Position numbers and translations under genes: made by a program. Of a DNA stretch of 64,000 nucleotides, positions 34,586-57,757 are shown piece by piece; the stretch's first letter is position 1, and every line of letters starts with the position of its first letter. Source of the stretch: Salpingoeca rosetta (taxonomy: Eukaryota > Protista > Choanoflagellata). The notes beneath the pieces were generated by a model. It searched no databases. It saw nothing but the letters and a program-made list of their open reading frames with translations, and had not been told where the DNA came from. The stretch spans positions 105,947 to 169,946 of the forward strand of contig JAWQFM010000002.1 in assembly GCA_033442325.1 (NCBI GenBank). The letters run 5' to 3'.

Positions 34586-37394
34586 ATGGCTGTGTTGAGT
34601 GCCCGCCTCTTGCACAGTGGAGGGCTGTCCGTGGCCCGCGTGCCTGCGGCTGTGGGTGCCATGCTGCGCGGCAGACATGCGGCAGCGCAGCACCGCGCCG
34701 CCCGCGTGTTTGCCCGTGCCCTCTCCGTGTCCACAGACGAGGACACGCAGGGCCACCAGGACGTGGTGGACTCCTGGCGCGTCAACATCTCCGGGGACCC
34801 CAACAAGTTTGTTGGACCACGACCAGAGTCGTGGTGGACAGGCAAGCCGCCAGTGCACGGAACATGTCCCGGCGTGAACAGCGACGGCATCATCCGCTCC
34901 CTGCCCCAGCCGGACCTGAGCAACGTCACGCGGCAGCAGCTGCGCGACTACTTTGACAACTGCTGGACCATGACCGAGGTGCTCTTTTCTGCGCTGCAGA
35001 CAGAGGAGCCCTTCTACCGCCCGCCCTACCACAACCTGCGCCACCCAAAGATCTTCTACTACGCCCACCCGGCCTCCGTCTACGTGAACAAGTGCCGCGT
35101 CGCCGGCCTCATCAGCAAGCCCATCAACGAGTACTACGAGCACATCTTCGAGACGGGCGTCGACGAGATGCAGTGGGACGACCTGAGCAAGAACGACATG
35201 CGCTGGCCCACCGTGGACGAGGTCAAGGCCTACCGCCAGGAGGTCTACAACACCGTCGTCGACATCATCGAGAACCACCCGGCCTTTGAGACGATTGACC
35301 AGCTCGAGGCATCCCCCTTCTGGGCCGTGGTCATGGGCACCGAGCACGAGAAGATCCACCTGGAGACGAGCAGCGTGCTCATGCGCGAGCTGCCGCTCGA
35401 GCTTGTTCGCCCGCCAGAGCACTTCCCCGCCATCCACCCAAGCGCACGCGAACACGGCGTCACGCCCGACCAGGAGCCCGTCGCGGGCAAGGACTACCCT
35501 GTCAACCAGTTTATCGAGGTGGAGGCCGGCTCTGTGAAGCTGGGCAAGCCCCGCGACTTCCCCTCCTACGGCTGGGACAACGAGTACGGCGAGAAGCACA
35601 TGAACGTCAAGTCCTTCAAGGCTACCAAGTACCTCATCAGCAACGGCGAATTCCTCCAGTTTGTCAAGAGGTGCGCGTGTGCCTCTGTGTGTGTGTTTGG
35701 GTGCGTTTGGGTGCAACTTCGACAAATGAGAGTGAGGGCTTGTGCTCGTATGTGTGAACGTGCATGTGTGAACCCTTCTTTTTACCACTGCTTGTTCAGC
35801 TTCTCACGACATCCTCCCCTCCTTTCTTCAAACACGCACACGCACACACACACACAAACGCAACGCGTGCAGTGGCGGATACCTGGACGAGAACGTGTGG
35901 GAGCCCGAGGGCTGGAAGTGGCGCTGCTTCCGCAACGTGAAATGGCCGACATTCTGGGTGCCCACCGGCCCCTCTGGCCTGCACCAGTACCGTCTGCGCA
36001 CCGCATTTGAGGTTGTCGACATGCCGTGGTCGTGGCCCGCCAACGTCAACTACCACGAGGCCAAGGCGTTTGCCAACTGGAAGAGCGACATGGAAGGGCG
36101 CGACCGCACGCAGGGGTACCGCATCATGACGGAGGCCGAGCACCACCGCATCCGCGACGACTACATGTCCGACGAGAGCCTCGGCGTCGCGCGCGACCCG
36201 GGCATGGTGGCAGATGGACACGAGATGGCAGACAAGTACGGCTTCAACCTCAACCTGGCACACGGCTCTGAGTCGCCCGTCGACGCGCTCAAACCAACCA
36301 GCCTGGGCTTCCACGACGTGTTTGGCAGCGTGTGGAACTGGTGCGAGGACCACATCAGCGCGCTGCCCAACTTCAAGATCCACCCATACTACAACGACTT
36401 CACCCTGCCCTGCTTTGACGGCCAGCACAACCTCATTCTCGGCGGGTCGTTTATCTCGTGCGGTGACGAGGCGAGCTCCTTCGCCCGCTTCCACTTCCGC
36501 CCCCACTTCTTCCAGCACGCGGGCTTCCGCCTCGTCCTGCCCAACCAGACCGACCCTGCCCTGGTCACGTCGTGCATGGACAACCAGGGGCCCTACGTCG
36601 GCACGAACCCCTTCCGCAGCAGCCGCCGCGATGAGACGGAGCGCAAGTACCAGGCCGAGGAGGTCCTGCGCCAGTACGTCCACCTCCACTACGCCGACGA
36701 CGCCAACGTCCCCGAGGCCGCCCGCGGATACACAGACAAGGTGACTCAGCTGCTTGTGGACGCCGCCCGCGAGCACGGCGTGGCCACGGACCGCGTGCTC
36801 GACATTGGCTGCGGCGTTGGCGGCACCACGTTTGCCCTTGCGCGCGCGTTTGAGAGCGTGCTTGGCGTGGACATCAGCGCGTCGTTTATTGATGCGGCAC
36901 AGCAGCTGAAGGAGGAGGGATCCCTGCCCTACTTTATCCGCGAGGAGGGCGACATCAAGGAGGAGGCCGTCGTCGGTCTTCCGCAAGGCGTGGACCCAGC
37001 CCGCGTCGAGTTCAAGCAGATGGACGCCATGTGCATTCCACCCGACACAGGCTCCTTCAGCGCAGTCCTCGCTGCAAACGTGCTGGACAGACTGTCCTCC
37101 CCCGGCACGCTGCTGTCGCGGCTGGGCGGTGCGCGCGGCCTTGTGCGCCCCGGCGGAATCCTGGTCCTGTCGTCCCCATACACGTGGATGGAGCAGTACA
37201 CGCCCAAGGACCTGTGGATTGGCGGGCACGAGACCCCCGAGGGTAACGTGCGTTCGCTGGACGGCCTCAAGGCGGCCCTTGGCGAGAACTTTGAGCTCCT
37301 GCGCACAACACAGGTGCCGCTCGCCATCCGCGAGCACGCGCGCAAGTTTGAGTACGTCATCTCGGAGGCGACCGTGTGGCGCCACCGCTCATGA
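34586..37394 (+). CDS. ovoA: Ovothiol biosynthesis enzyme OvoA (5-histidylcysteine sulfoxide synthase + SAM methyltransferase); exons 34586-35670, 35873-37394
   Basis: LRHPKIFYYAH..YVNK, FETGVDEMQWDDL, iron-binding EHEKIHLETSSVL (HX3HXE), FGE-sulfatase region YGWDNEYG, HPYYNDFTLPCFDG, FRPHFFQHAGFR, and C-terminal methyltransferase LDIGCGVGG, SPYTW..YTPK..WIGG, REHARKFEY. Confidence 0.96.
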
Positions 37395-37815
37395 GCCCGC
37401 CGCCCACCAGCACGCGGCCTGTGCTGTGCTGTGCTGTGATTTGAGTGCTCGTGTTGTGGTGTTGATCGCCGCAACCACAAGCTAATGATATCACTCAAAA
37501 GCGCACGCGCGCACACATGCACACGCGCATGCACATGCCAGCACGTGTTGGCCCCTGTTCTGACACTCCTCCGTTTTTCTACCTCCTCCTCCTCCTCCTC
37601 CTCCTCCTCCTCCCCCCTCCTTTACTCCTCTCTTTCTCTCCTCTCCTCTCTTACTCCCCTGTCTTACTCTGTTCCTCTCTTCCTTTCCATCTCCTATCCT
37701 GCTTGTTGTGTTACGACCAACACCAACCATGCACACATTTGTTGCTACTGTTCTTGTTTCCTTCAATTGCAGCCGTGTGCCTCCGTTCGTCTAGTTGCTC
37801 TCCTTGGCCGCTTTT

Positions 37816-37865
<50 letters not shown>

Positions 37866-38466
37866 CCCCATACCATTGCGCCATGGTTTCTTTCGTTGCG
37901 TTGTGTGCTTTCTGTTCCGTCCACTGTGCTGTTGTTGCTTCTCCCTGTGTTGATTGCTGTCTTTTAACTTCATACGCGAACCCCTCTCCCCCCCCCCTCC
38001 CCACTGTAGTTCCTGCACCGTCACCTGCAACCTGCAACCAACCACCAACCCACCACGCGGCCCAATCTGCGCCATTCAACTAGCCACACACTTGGCCCTT
38101 TCTGTTCCGCCTTCACGTGGCCTTGGTTCAGTGCGCTGTTCTGATGTTGTTGCAGCCACGATGGCACGCCCCTTTTTTTCTTTCAAACCAACACCATTGA
38201 AGTTACAACCCCCACAGCATGATGTGATAGTCCACAGACACCATCCACGCACAACTCACGGGACATGATGTCGTTGGAGAGAGAGAGAGAGAGACGGAGA
38301 AGGGAAAGGTGAGTGGAAAGAGATACAAAAACAAGAAGACAGTGGGTCGTTACAAACAAAGCTAGCATTAGCGTGGTGGCCACAGCAGTGCCGGGTGTGC
38401 ATGCGGTCTTGTGGATCCTTCTTGCACCATCCATCGCGTGGCGTGGTCTGTTGTTCCTTCCTGTCC

Positions 38467-38743
38467 TCATTTGCTTGAATCATTTGCATCGCCGCTGCTG
38501 CTTCCGCTCGTGAAATCCAGCTCCACACCAAGAAACTGTTTGCGTGTTTGCGCAATGGGCGGATACAAGGGATGGTGGATGGAAGGGGGATGGGGAGAGG
38601 AATTAAGAAGCAACCATGAATGGTGGGTGGAAGAAGAATGGTGGAAGAAGAATGGTGGGTGGAAGAAGAATGGTGGGTGGAAGAAGAATGGTGGGTGGAA
38701 GAAGAATGGTGGAGGTGAAAAAGTGCAATAGCCAACACGTACA

Positions 38744-38815
<72 letters not shown>

Positions 38816-39134
38816 GCACACCACACACACCACACCACACACACACACACACACACACAAAACACACACACACACACAAAACACACACACACATATCGCA
38901 TCTCACACACACGCGCGCGCACACAAAACACAACACACGACACACGACCCACCTCGCCGCCTGCTGGTGCTGGGATTTCCTCGTCGCCCTCAACAGTGCG
39001 GATGACAAACAGATCGGGCTTTGGCGGCACAGGCTCCTGGGGACCGTCAAGCACAGCATAGATGTTGCGGTCGTACGGGTGTTGCTGTGGTCGATGGACA
39101 GTGTGATGCATACGCGCGCAATCAGCGACAGTGT

Positions 39135-39175
<41 letters not shown>

Positions 39176-40062
39176 CGAATGCACAACAGCGAGCTGTTGA
39201 GTACGAGGGTGGTGTTTGGCCTCTCGGTTGTTTGGAAGAGTCATAGGGAGGCGCAATAGCATGAAGGACCTTACGTCGTCCTCGAAGATGTGAAGGTGGC
39301 GCATAAACTGTTTTCTCAAGTTGTTCTTCGGCAACATTCCATCCACGGCTTTCCTCACAACCTATAACACAAACAGCGGGGATGTGTGTGTGTGTGTGTG
39401 TGCGTGGGTGAAAAGGAGGGTGAGACTCGAAGGAGAGAAGCGCGTGTTTGGGATGAACATGCGTCGAGAAGAGTCATGGACTCGAACATGCACATGCGCG
39501 GCAACATGCACGCGCAAGCGTACCTCTGTTGGCTTGCGTGCGTGTAAGCTGGCAGCCGTCTCCTCCCGGAAACCGCCGGGCCAGCCCGTGTGCTTTCTGT
39601 ACAGCTTCTGATTCCACTTGCGACCGGTGAAGACAACATCCTGCAACACGCAAGAAGGGCAACACAAGGGGGTTGGACGTCAGGCAAAAGACAATGACAA
39701 GCAAAGGGGCTTGAAATGGCCAGCGCAACCATACACGCACGCACACATGCACGCACGCACATGCACGCAAAAGCAAATACAACACACACATGCACACACA
39801 GCACCCACGCTCACGCAAACACACTGAGCACCCACGCTCACGCACCCACGCACATGCACACACATCCACATGAGCACACCTTTGCATTGATGACGACGAC
39901 GTGGTCTGGTGAGAGGACGCCGGGGTGGAAGGTGGGCTTTGTCTTGCCCCTCAACACAGCCGACACCATATTTGCCAGCCGGCCAACCTTCTGCCCACGC
40001 GCATCAACCAGGTACCATCGCTGCGTGTGCGTCAGCAGCGACTGCGAAAACTTGGTGGCCAT
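38467..40062 (-). CDS. MRPL13: Mitochondrial ribosomal protein uL13m, ~5 exons
   Basis: RWYLVDARGQKVGRLA..LRGKTKPTFHP..DHVVVINAK | DVVFTGRKWNQKLYRKHTGWPGG | RKAVDGMLPKNNLR..LHIF | HPY: bacterial-type L13 signature in an intron-containing gene. Confidence 0.93.
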
Positions 40063-40323
40063 GGTTGTTTGCTGTTTGCTCGCCCTCTCGCTTGCCCTCT
40101 CGCTTGCCCTGGCTGCTTGGCTGGTGAAGTGATGTGATGTGAAGGTCTGTGCCTCACGCTCTCTTGTCTTATCTTGTGTGGTGGCAGCAAGCAAGCGTGT
40201 GGTTCGAAAAATGGTTGTTGAGTTCATAAATTTCTACAATCACCAGCTGCAAGTGAGACCACCACCAACAGCACCATTTTCACTTCGCAGGACCACCTTT
40301 ACCCTCACACACAACCAACCGCC

Positions 40324-42260
40324 ATGGGGAGCAGACAAGACACAGGGCCGCAGGCGCGGAAGCCTCCAAAGTCCATGTTGTACACTCGGACCGGTGACAA
40401 GGGAACATCTCAGCTCTACACGGGCCAACGCCGTCCAAAAACAGACATTGTGTTCGAATGCCTCGGTGAGTTGGCTTGTCACTCTGCATGTGTCTGTGTG
40501 CTTGTGTGCCTGTGTGTATGGCTGTGTGTCAGTGTGTGTGTGCGTTTCAGTGTGTGTGCGTGTGTGTGTTTCTGTGTGTCTGTGTGTGTGTCTGTGTGTG
40601 TGTGTCTGTGTTTCTGCCTATCTATCAGTCTGTCTCTGTCTGTATCTGTTCGTTTGCGTGTCTGTTCATCTCACCAGGTTGTTTCTGTCCACAACCACCC
40701 ACACCCACACGCCTACCTTCTGTGCTGTTTGTGGACACCAGGACACGTGGATGAATTGAATTCACAGTTTGGCTTGGTCCGAGAGCACCTGGACGCACGC
40801 CTGCTGCACGACGTCGATGCTGATTTGCACGAGATTCAGTGTCTTCTCATGGAGCTGGGCACGCACATTGCCAGCCCTGGCGTGGTGTCCGTCAAGGTGT
40901 GCATGTGTATGTGCGTATGTGTCTGTGTCTGTGTGTGTCTATGCCTGTGCATGTGTGTCTGTCTGTGCCTGTGCATGTGTATGTTGTGTACGTGTGTTGC
41001 ATGCACGCGTGCATGACTGTGCTGTATGCACTGTGTGCCTCTGTCTATGTGTCTGTGTGTCTGCTTATGTGCATGGGTATGTGTACCTGTGCCTGTGTGT
41101 CTGCTTATGCGCCTGTGCCTGTGTCTATGTCTGTGTGTCTGCTTATGTGCATGTGCATGTGTATGTTGTGTACGTGTGTTGCATGCACGCGTGCATGACT
41201 GTGCTGTGTGCACTGTGTGCCTCTGTATGGGGTGGTCTCACGACGGTCATGGGTGTGCACGCGCGCCATTTCGGGAATTCCAGGACTTTGACGATGATGC
41301 AACGAACCTCAAGTGCGTTGTGTGCGTGTGCGTGGCAAAGGGAAGCACTCATGCGTTGGCTCTTTCAAGTGTTTGCTTTGTTCCATGTCTTTGTTTGCTT
41401 TTGCTTGTCCATGCTAACTCCACACGAGTAACTGCATCTGTAGGTGGCTGGAGCGCCGCATTGACGAGCTGGACAGCGAACTTCCGCCCCTCAGGAACTT
41501 CATTCTTCCCTCCGGCGGTAAGGCTGCCGCACACATGCACTTGGCGCGCTGTGTATGCCGCCGGGCAGAGCGCGCCCTTGTCCATCTCCGCCAATGCAGC
41601 AACGACGACGACAACGACGATAATGGTAGTGATGATGACGATGACGACGATAGTGGCGGTGCATGCTCGGCTGCTGCTCTCAAGTTCATCAACCGGTTGT
41701 CGGACTTTGCATTCTGCTGCGCACGCGTTTGTGCATTCAGGTGTGTGCCTGTGTCTCTGTGTCTGTCGATGTGTGTCTGTGGATGTGGATGTGTGTCTGT
41801 GGATGTGCGTCTGTCCGTCTATCTGTCTGTCTGTCTGTCTGCCTCTGTTTGTCTGTCTGTCTGTCTGCCTCTGTTTGTCTGTCTGTCTCTCTGTCTGTGC
41901 TGATCATCAGCTTATTATTCATCGGAACTCACTGAACAGCATCCTGAGTACCCTCAAACTTATTCACTCACATGCGCTCGCACACACACACATGCGCACT
42001 CACTCACACACTCCCTTCCCCTCCTCCCTCCCAACGGTGTCCTGTCGCTTGTTCGCACCACCAGGACTGGCGGTATCGAGACGGTGTTTCAAAGCAAGCC
42101 GGACCGGCGGCACATTCACACACGAGCAGCAACCAGCAAGGAAGCACGTGCCCATGGTGGTGGAAGTGGAAGCAGCCAGGTCTTGGTGGTGGCAGCTGTG
42201 GCTGTGGCGGCGGCCGTATGTGGCGCTGCCATCATGCACACTGTTCGCCGGCACTCATAA
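40324..42260 (+). CDS. MMAB: PduO-type ATP:cob(I)alamin adenosyltransferase, ~5 exons, with hydrophobic C-terminal extension
   Basis: [20 protein letters not shown] | [21 protein letters not shown] | [48 protein letters not shown]; last exon 42065-42260. Confidence 0.94.
40971..41226. repeat. ~75-bp direct repeat (two copies, ~40971-41044 and ~41152-41226) in an MMAB intron
   Basis: gtgcatgtgtatgttgtgtacgtgtgttgcatgcacgcgtgcatgactgtgctgtRtgcactgtgtgcctctgt occurs twice. Confidence 0.85.
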
Positions 42261-42506
42261 ACGAACCGAAACGAATGAGCAGAACGAGAGCGCAACAGAG
42301 GGAGGGGAGGGAGTGGGAAAGAAAGGGAAAGAGAGTAGGAAGAGAGTAGAGACGCACGAAACAACATCATGTCATGTGTCAACAACACAGCACGCTTTCG
42401 CTTTTCGCTTCTCATCACAGCGAAAACCGCGCACAAATCCACCCACGTGTTTGCTTTGCACACGCGATTTGAACCAACAAACAAAGCAAGCAAGCAAGAG
42501 ACGAAG

Positions 42507-48917
<6,411 letters not shown>

Positions 48918-48999
48918 TGCTGATTGAAAACGCACACGCGCTCTTTGCATGTTGAGGGTTTGTCTTTTTTTTTTTTTTTCGTGTGTGTGTGTGTGTAAG

Positions 49000-49099
49000 N
49001 NNNNNNNNNNNNNNNNNNNNNNNNNNNNNNNNNNNNNNNNNNNNNNNNNNNNNNNNNNNNNNNNNNNNNNNNNNNNNNNNNNNNNNNNNNNNNNNNNNN
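49000..49099. other. Assembly gap (100 N)
   Basis: Run of n. Confidence 1.
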
Positions 49100-49301
49100 C
49101 TTTCTCATCGCTCTGCTTGTTCTTGTGGCTTGTCTCTTCCTGGCTCCGCTCATTTACTTTGGTCCTCCCATCGTCGAATTCTCTCTTCCTGCTCATTCTC
49201 TGTCCCCGTTGTTACCCGACCGCTGGGTGGATGCGTGTGGAGGCTTTGCAGCCGTGATTTGTCTAGAGGTACCGAGTTTCATAGGGGATAGCTGGGTACA
49301 G

Positions 49302-49427
<126 letters not shown>

Positions 49428-50039
49428 GACTGGTGTGGTAAAGTTGATGGCAGTGTTGGCAAAAGCCATTTCCCCACATTCTAAACCTTTTCTCCCGCCT
49501 CGCAATTTTTTTGTGTTTGGTTTTGCCTGCATGCATGCAAGCAAAAATCGCCAGCCAACGTTCGAACTTGCGTGGCGAATAGTGGCGAATCATTCACTGA
49601 TCCCCATTGTTGCTGCTCCTTGCTTGCTTGCTTTTTGCTTGCTTTCTTCTGGGTTGTGTCGCATTTCGTCAGCCTCGCCCTGCTTGTGTGCTTTGCGGCC
49701 AACAAACCGTTGCACGACGCAAGTTTTGGCTCGACCACAGCAACGGATCAGTGCGAGGTTAAGGTCACATGCCTGCTTGGCGCTTGGCGGAGTTTGCTTT
49801 CTTGCTTGCTTCTTGCTTCTTGCTTTCTTGCTTCATCGTTTTGGTGGCTGCGTTTGCTCCCAACATCAGTCAGCCAAATCAACCCAGCCTCACCCCTCAC
49901 CCACAGCAGCCATCTGCCCTTCTTGCCGCCCTCATTCTCCTGCTGCTGCCTGACTTCCCAACCAACCAACCAACCAGCCAAGCCCGTCAGCGAAGACTTC
50001 CTCTGCCCTTACCTGCCTGCGACTAGCTGATCATCAACG

Positions 50040-51159
50040 ATGATGTCTCGTGCCTTGTTCTTGGCTGCGCTGCTCTGCGGCGTGGCTTCTGTCGCCCTTG
50101 CAGTGAGTTTCCATGTTGTACATCCAAGCCACCGTCACCGTGATCACGCTGGCCTTGTATGCTTGTATGCGCAACGCTGTCGCTCCATGATGAACAACCC
50201 TTTGGTCTCTCGCTGTTTGCCCACCACATACACACACACTCTCTCTCTCTCACACACACACCTGCTCTCTCACATGCGCTCTCTAATGTGCCTCCCCTCT
50301 CCTCTCTCTCTCACACGTGTGCTCTCTCTCTCTCTCTCTCGCTCTGTCTCTCTCGCACGCTGCACCATGTGCTTAGAACACCGCCCCAGCAGGGATCAAC
50401 ACTGGTGCAGAGATTGATGCCCAGACTTTCATCGACAGCCTCGGCCTGGTGAGTGCTTGGTCGTGAACCCCGTCAACCAACCACAGTGGAAGTCTGTGTG
50501 GGAGCGGAGGAGATACATGCTATCTGTTGTCTCCCACTTCATCCATCCTCACCACCAACCACACACGCACACGCACACGCACACGCACGCACACGGTGAA
50601 GACTGTGGACACATGCGCAACCCTGACAGCTGCATCTGAGGGCTACTACTTTGAGAAGGGGTTTGAGACTGGCCTGTCCCGTTCTCGCTGCGACATTGGT
50701 GAGCGCAGCTGCGAAGAGAAGAAAGGCGGTGCTGTTGTGTATCACTTGAATGCATGCTAGGTATCATGTCAGCATCGTCAGCAGTGTGCTGCTGTGCCCG
50801 ATGCCTTTTCATTCAACTCATTGACAAACTGCACTGGCCACAACACCACACCAGGCGGCACATGCATGTGCAAGAAGTTTGACCTCTGCGACAACGGCGG
50901 TACGTCGCATACATGCATGTATGTGTGTGTGTGTGTGTGTTTGTTCGTAGGGCTGGGAGTGGCTCCCTCAGCGCTCTGTCGGAGTTGCATGCACGCACAC
51001 AATACCGCACGTTCATTTTGCTTCTCGTCGTCTTTGCCGTACGTCCTGTAGACTGCTTCAAGGTCTATCCTTGCAACACCACCAGCGGCGAACCTGACAG
51101 CAACTGTCTCGCCGTCACCAACTGCACGCAGACTGTCTTCGAGACAATCATGGAGGTGT

Positions 51160-51210
<51 letters not shown>

Positions 51211-52587
51211 TGTGTGTGTGTGTGTGTGTGTGTGTCCTGGCTGATTACAACGTGATGGCGTGATTTCTTCGCTCACTCGCAACACCACATCATTCCCATC
51301 GTCCCTTCCAGGTTGAGGTTGACTGCAACCGCCAGAACTTGACGGACAAGGACGAGGCAGAGGTCGATTTCTTTGGTTTCCGCTGGAAGCAAGCGCTCGA
51401 GGAGGACTGTGGTATTGGCCGGGTACGTCTCTTCCGCAACCCCTTTTTGTCTCGAGACTTATGGGCCCTTTACTGCACATCATATGCCGATGAGGCAGCT
51501 GCATGTGTGTGTGTGTGTGTGTGTGTGTGCGGACGCCCTTTGTTTGCTGCATGTGTGCCGGCAGATGTTGTACCTTTCGTCTGTATGACTTGCGCTCTTC
51601 GTACTCACCTCTGCTGGCTTGGCGTCACCGTCGTGCCAATTTCTTCATTTGCAGGTTTGCCGCTACAACGGCGATACCTCCGAAACCCTCGACATTGTTG
51701 CATACAACCGCTTCCGCACCAACACGTTGAACCCGGCTCATGTTGACACGATTGATGTGTGCGCACAGACAGCCAACTTCCGGTTCAACTTCTGCACCGT
51801 CATTTCCGCGAGCGTGTATGAACCCACAACGACGACCACAACGACTACGACCACAACGACTACCACCACCACGACAACCACTACCACGACAACCACTACC
51901 ACAACTACTACCACGACCACAACGACCACCACCACTACTACGACCACGACTACCACGACTACCACCACCACAACTACCACTACACTTCCTGACTGCGATT
52001 ATGACTGCAACGAGGAGACCTTCGCTTGCGTTGGCGACGTGAGTGGATCGTGCGTGTTATTGCTCCCGTGCTGACTCGACCTTAGCAAACGTGTAATTGG
52101 GACACTTGCTTGTCCACTCGGTTTCACACATGCTCACGCTAACGCTACGTGTCCTCGTGGGTTCTGGCTTGCCCCTTTGCTTGCTTACTTTGGTGTTTCT
52201 GCTTCGTGCATCTGTGTCTGTCTGTCTGTCTGTGTGTGTGTGTGTGTGTGTCTGTGTGTGTGTATGTGTGTGTGTACGCACGTGTACGTACGTACGTTTC
52301 CACAACAGGACGTGTTCAGCCCATCTGTGGACGATTTCTCCAGCTGCGTTGCCGATCAGGGGCGCCACAACTTCACTGCCCTGATTGACTTTGGCATCTG
52401 CCTCGCCGACTGCGACGACCTCACGCCCAACGCAAACTCCACCCGCGCCGAAGCCCGCTCCTACTTCTTCTGCATGTGAGTGCTGAACGTGCGTGGAATG
52501 TAATGAAATGCACACGTGTGCGTGTGGGGGGGGGTTGGGGTGCAATGTAAGGTCAATTGCGTTTGGGCATGCAATGCAGCACCACTC

Positions 52588-52623
<36 letters not shown>

Positions 52624-52850
52624 TCTTGGGTTGTTCTCACGCCATATGCACACATGCGCATCTACCTTGCATTCTTTCCTCTTTGTTCGGCAAACGCAGC
52701 ACGAACTGTGCTTTCTCCACGACCAGCAACGACTGCGACGTCGTGTACACGTCCACAACCATGGCACCGACGACCACAACCACGTTTACGACGCCGACGA
52801 CCACAACGACGACCACGACCTCAACCTCCTCCAGCAACATCATTGCCTAA
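50040..52850 (+). CDS. Secreted Cys-rich, Thr-rich (mucin-like) glycoprotein of unknown family, ~9 exons
   Basis: Exon 1 is a signal peptide (MMSRALFLAALLCGVASVALA) ending at a GTGAGT donor. Later exons are Cys-rich (NCTGHNTTPGGTCMCKKFDLC, DCFKVYPCNTT..NCLAVTNCT, DCDYDCNEETFAC, GICLADCDD), with a ~53-Thr tract (51826-51984) and a Thr-rich end ..SSSNIIA*. Confidence 0.75.
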
Positions 52851-53408
52851 CCAGCGGCTACGCCTGCCTGTTGTCCAATTTCTCGCTTTGTCACTTCCAT
52901 GTGGATCTGTGGATGGGCACAACTTGTCGCTGAGTGTAGCACACGGCCCGTTCACCAGACAACAATGCCTCGACCACCTTCCGACCTTGTCATCCTTTGC
53001 TTTGGGTTTTCTGTGTGCTTTGTTTTGTTTCCTACCGAAACCTCGCCCCCCCCCCCCACCTCCTGCTGCTCCCTTGCTCATCCCTCCTCCCCAGTCCGAT
53101 TTCGTTGTCCATTCCCCTCGTCATGTCAATGAAGCCACTGCGTGCTGCTGCCATACACTCTGTTCGTTGACGCTCGCCGTCCCCGCCATTTCCATCCTGC
53201 AATTGTGACACCACATCACCATCGACTTGCGTGCCTCGTCTTGCGTACATTGCTGTTCCGTGTGTCATTGAAAACACAGAAAGCGAGCGAGTGATGATGT
53301 GGTGATGTGCCAGATGTGATGACAACGAACAGGGATCAACAACAACAACAACATCATCATCAACAACAACAACAAACAACAGCAAACAACAAACGAATAA
53401 CGGCAAAG

Positions 53409-57398
<3,990 letters not shown>

Positions 57399-57757
57399 AA
57401 CGCAAACGCGGAGAGGAAGGACTGGCAATTATGACACTTCAGGTAGTGAGGCAGGCTGCCCATATGTACAGACAAAGAAGAGGAGAAGGGAGGGTGAAAT
57501 AGGACCTGTGCTTGCGTGTACGTGTATGTGTGCGTGTCTGCGTGTGTGTGTGTGTGTGTCTGCGTGTGTGTGTGTGTGTGTGTGTGTGCGTGTGTGTGTG
57601 TGCGTGTGTGCGCGTGTGTGTGTCTGTGCGTGTCTGCGTGTGTGTGTGCGTGTGTGTGTCTGTGTGTGTCTGTGTGAATCGTGACGGGGGAACCACATCG
57701 ACGCCGCTATTGTCAGCGTTGTGATTTCTTGCATACAGTTTTGCATCTGTTGCGTTC

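Noticed and set aside
34565-37385. 407-aa and 529-aa minus-strand ORFs over ovoA
   Set aside because: Antisense shadows caused by codon bias.
38618-38712. 18-bp tandem repeats (also 12-bp at 2078-2122, 12-15-bp at 12615-12680, 18-bp at 17568-17630) as CRISPR-like or telomeric arrays
   Set aside because: Head-to-tail intronic minisatellites with no unique spacers and no cas genes, in a eukaryotic context.
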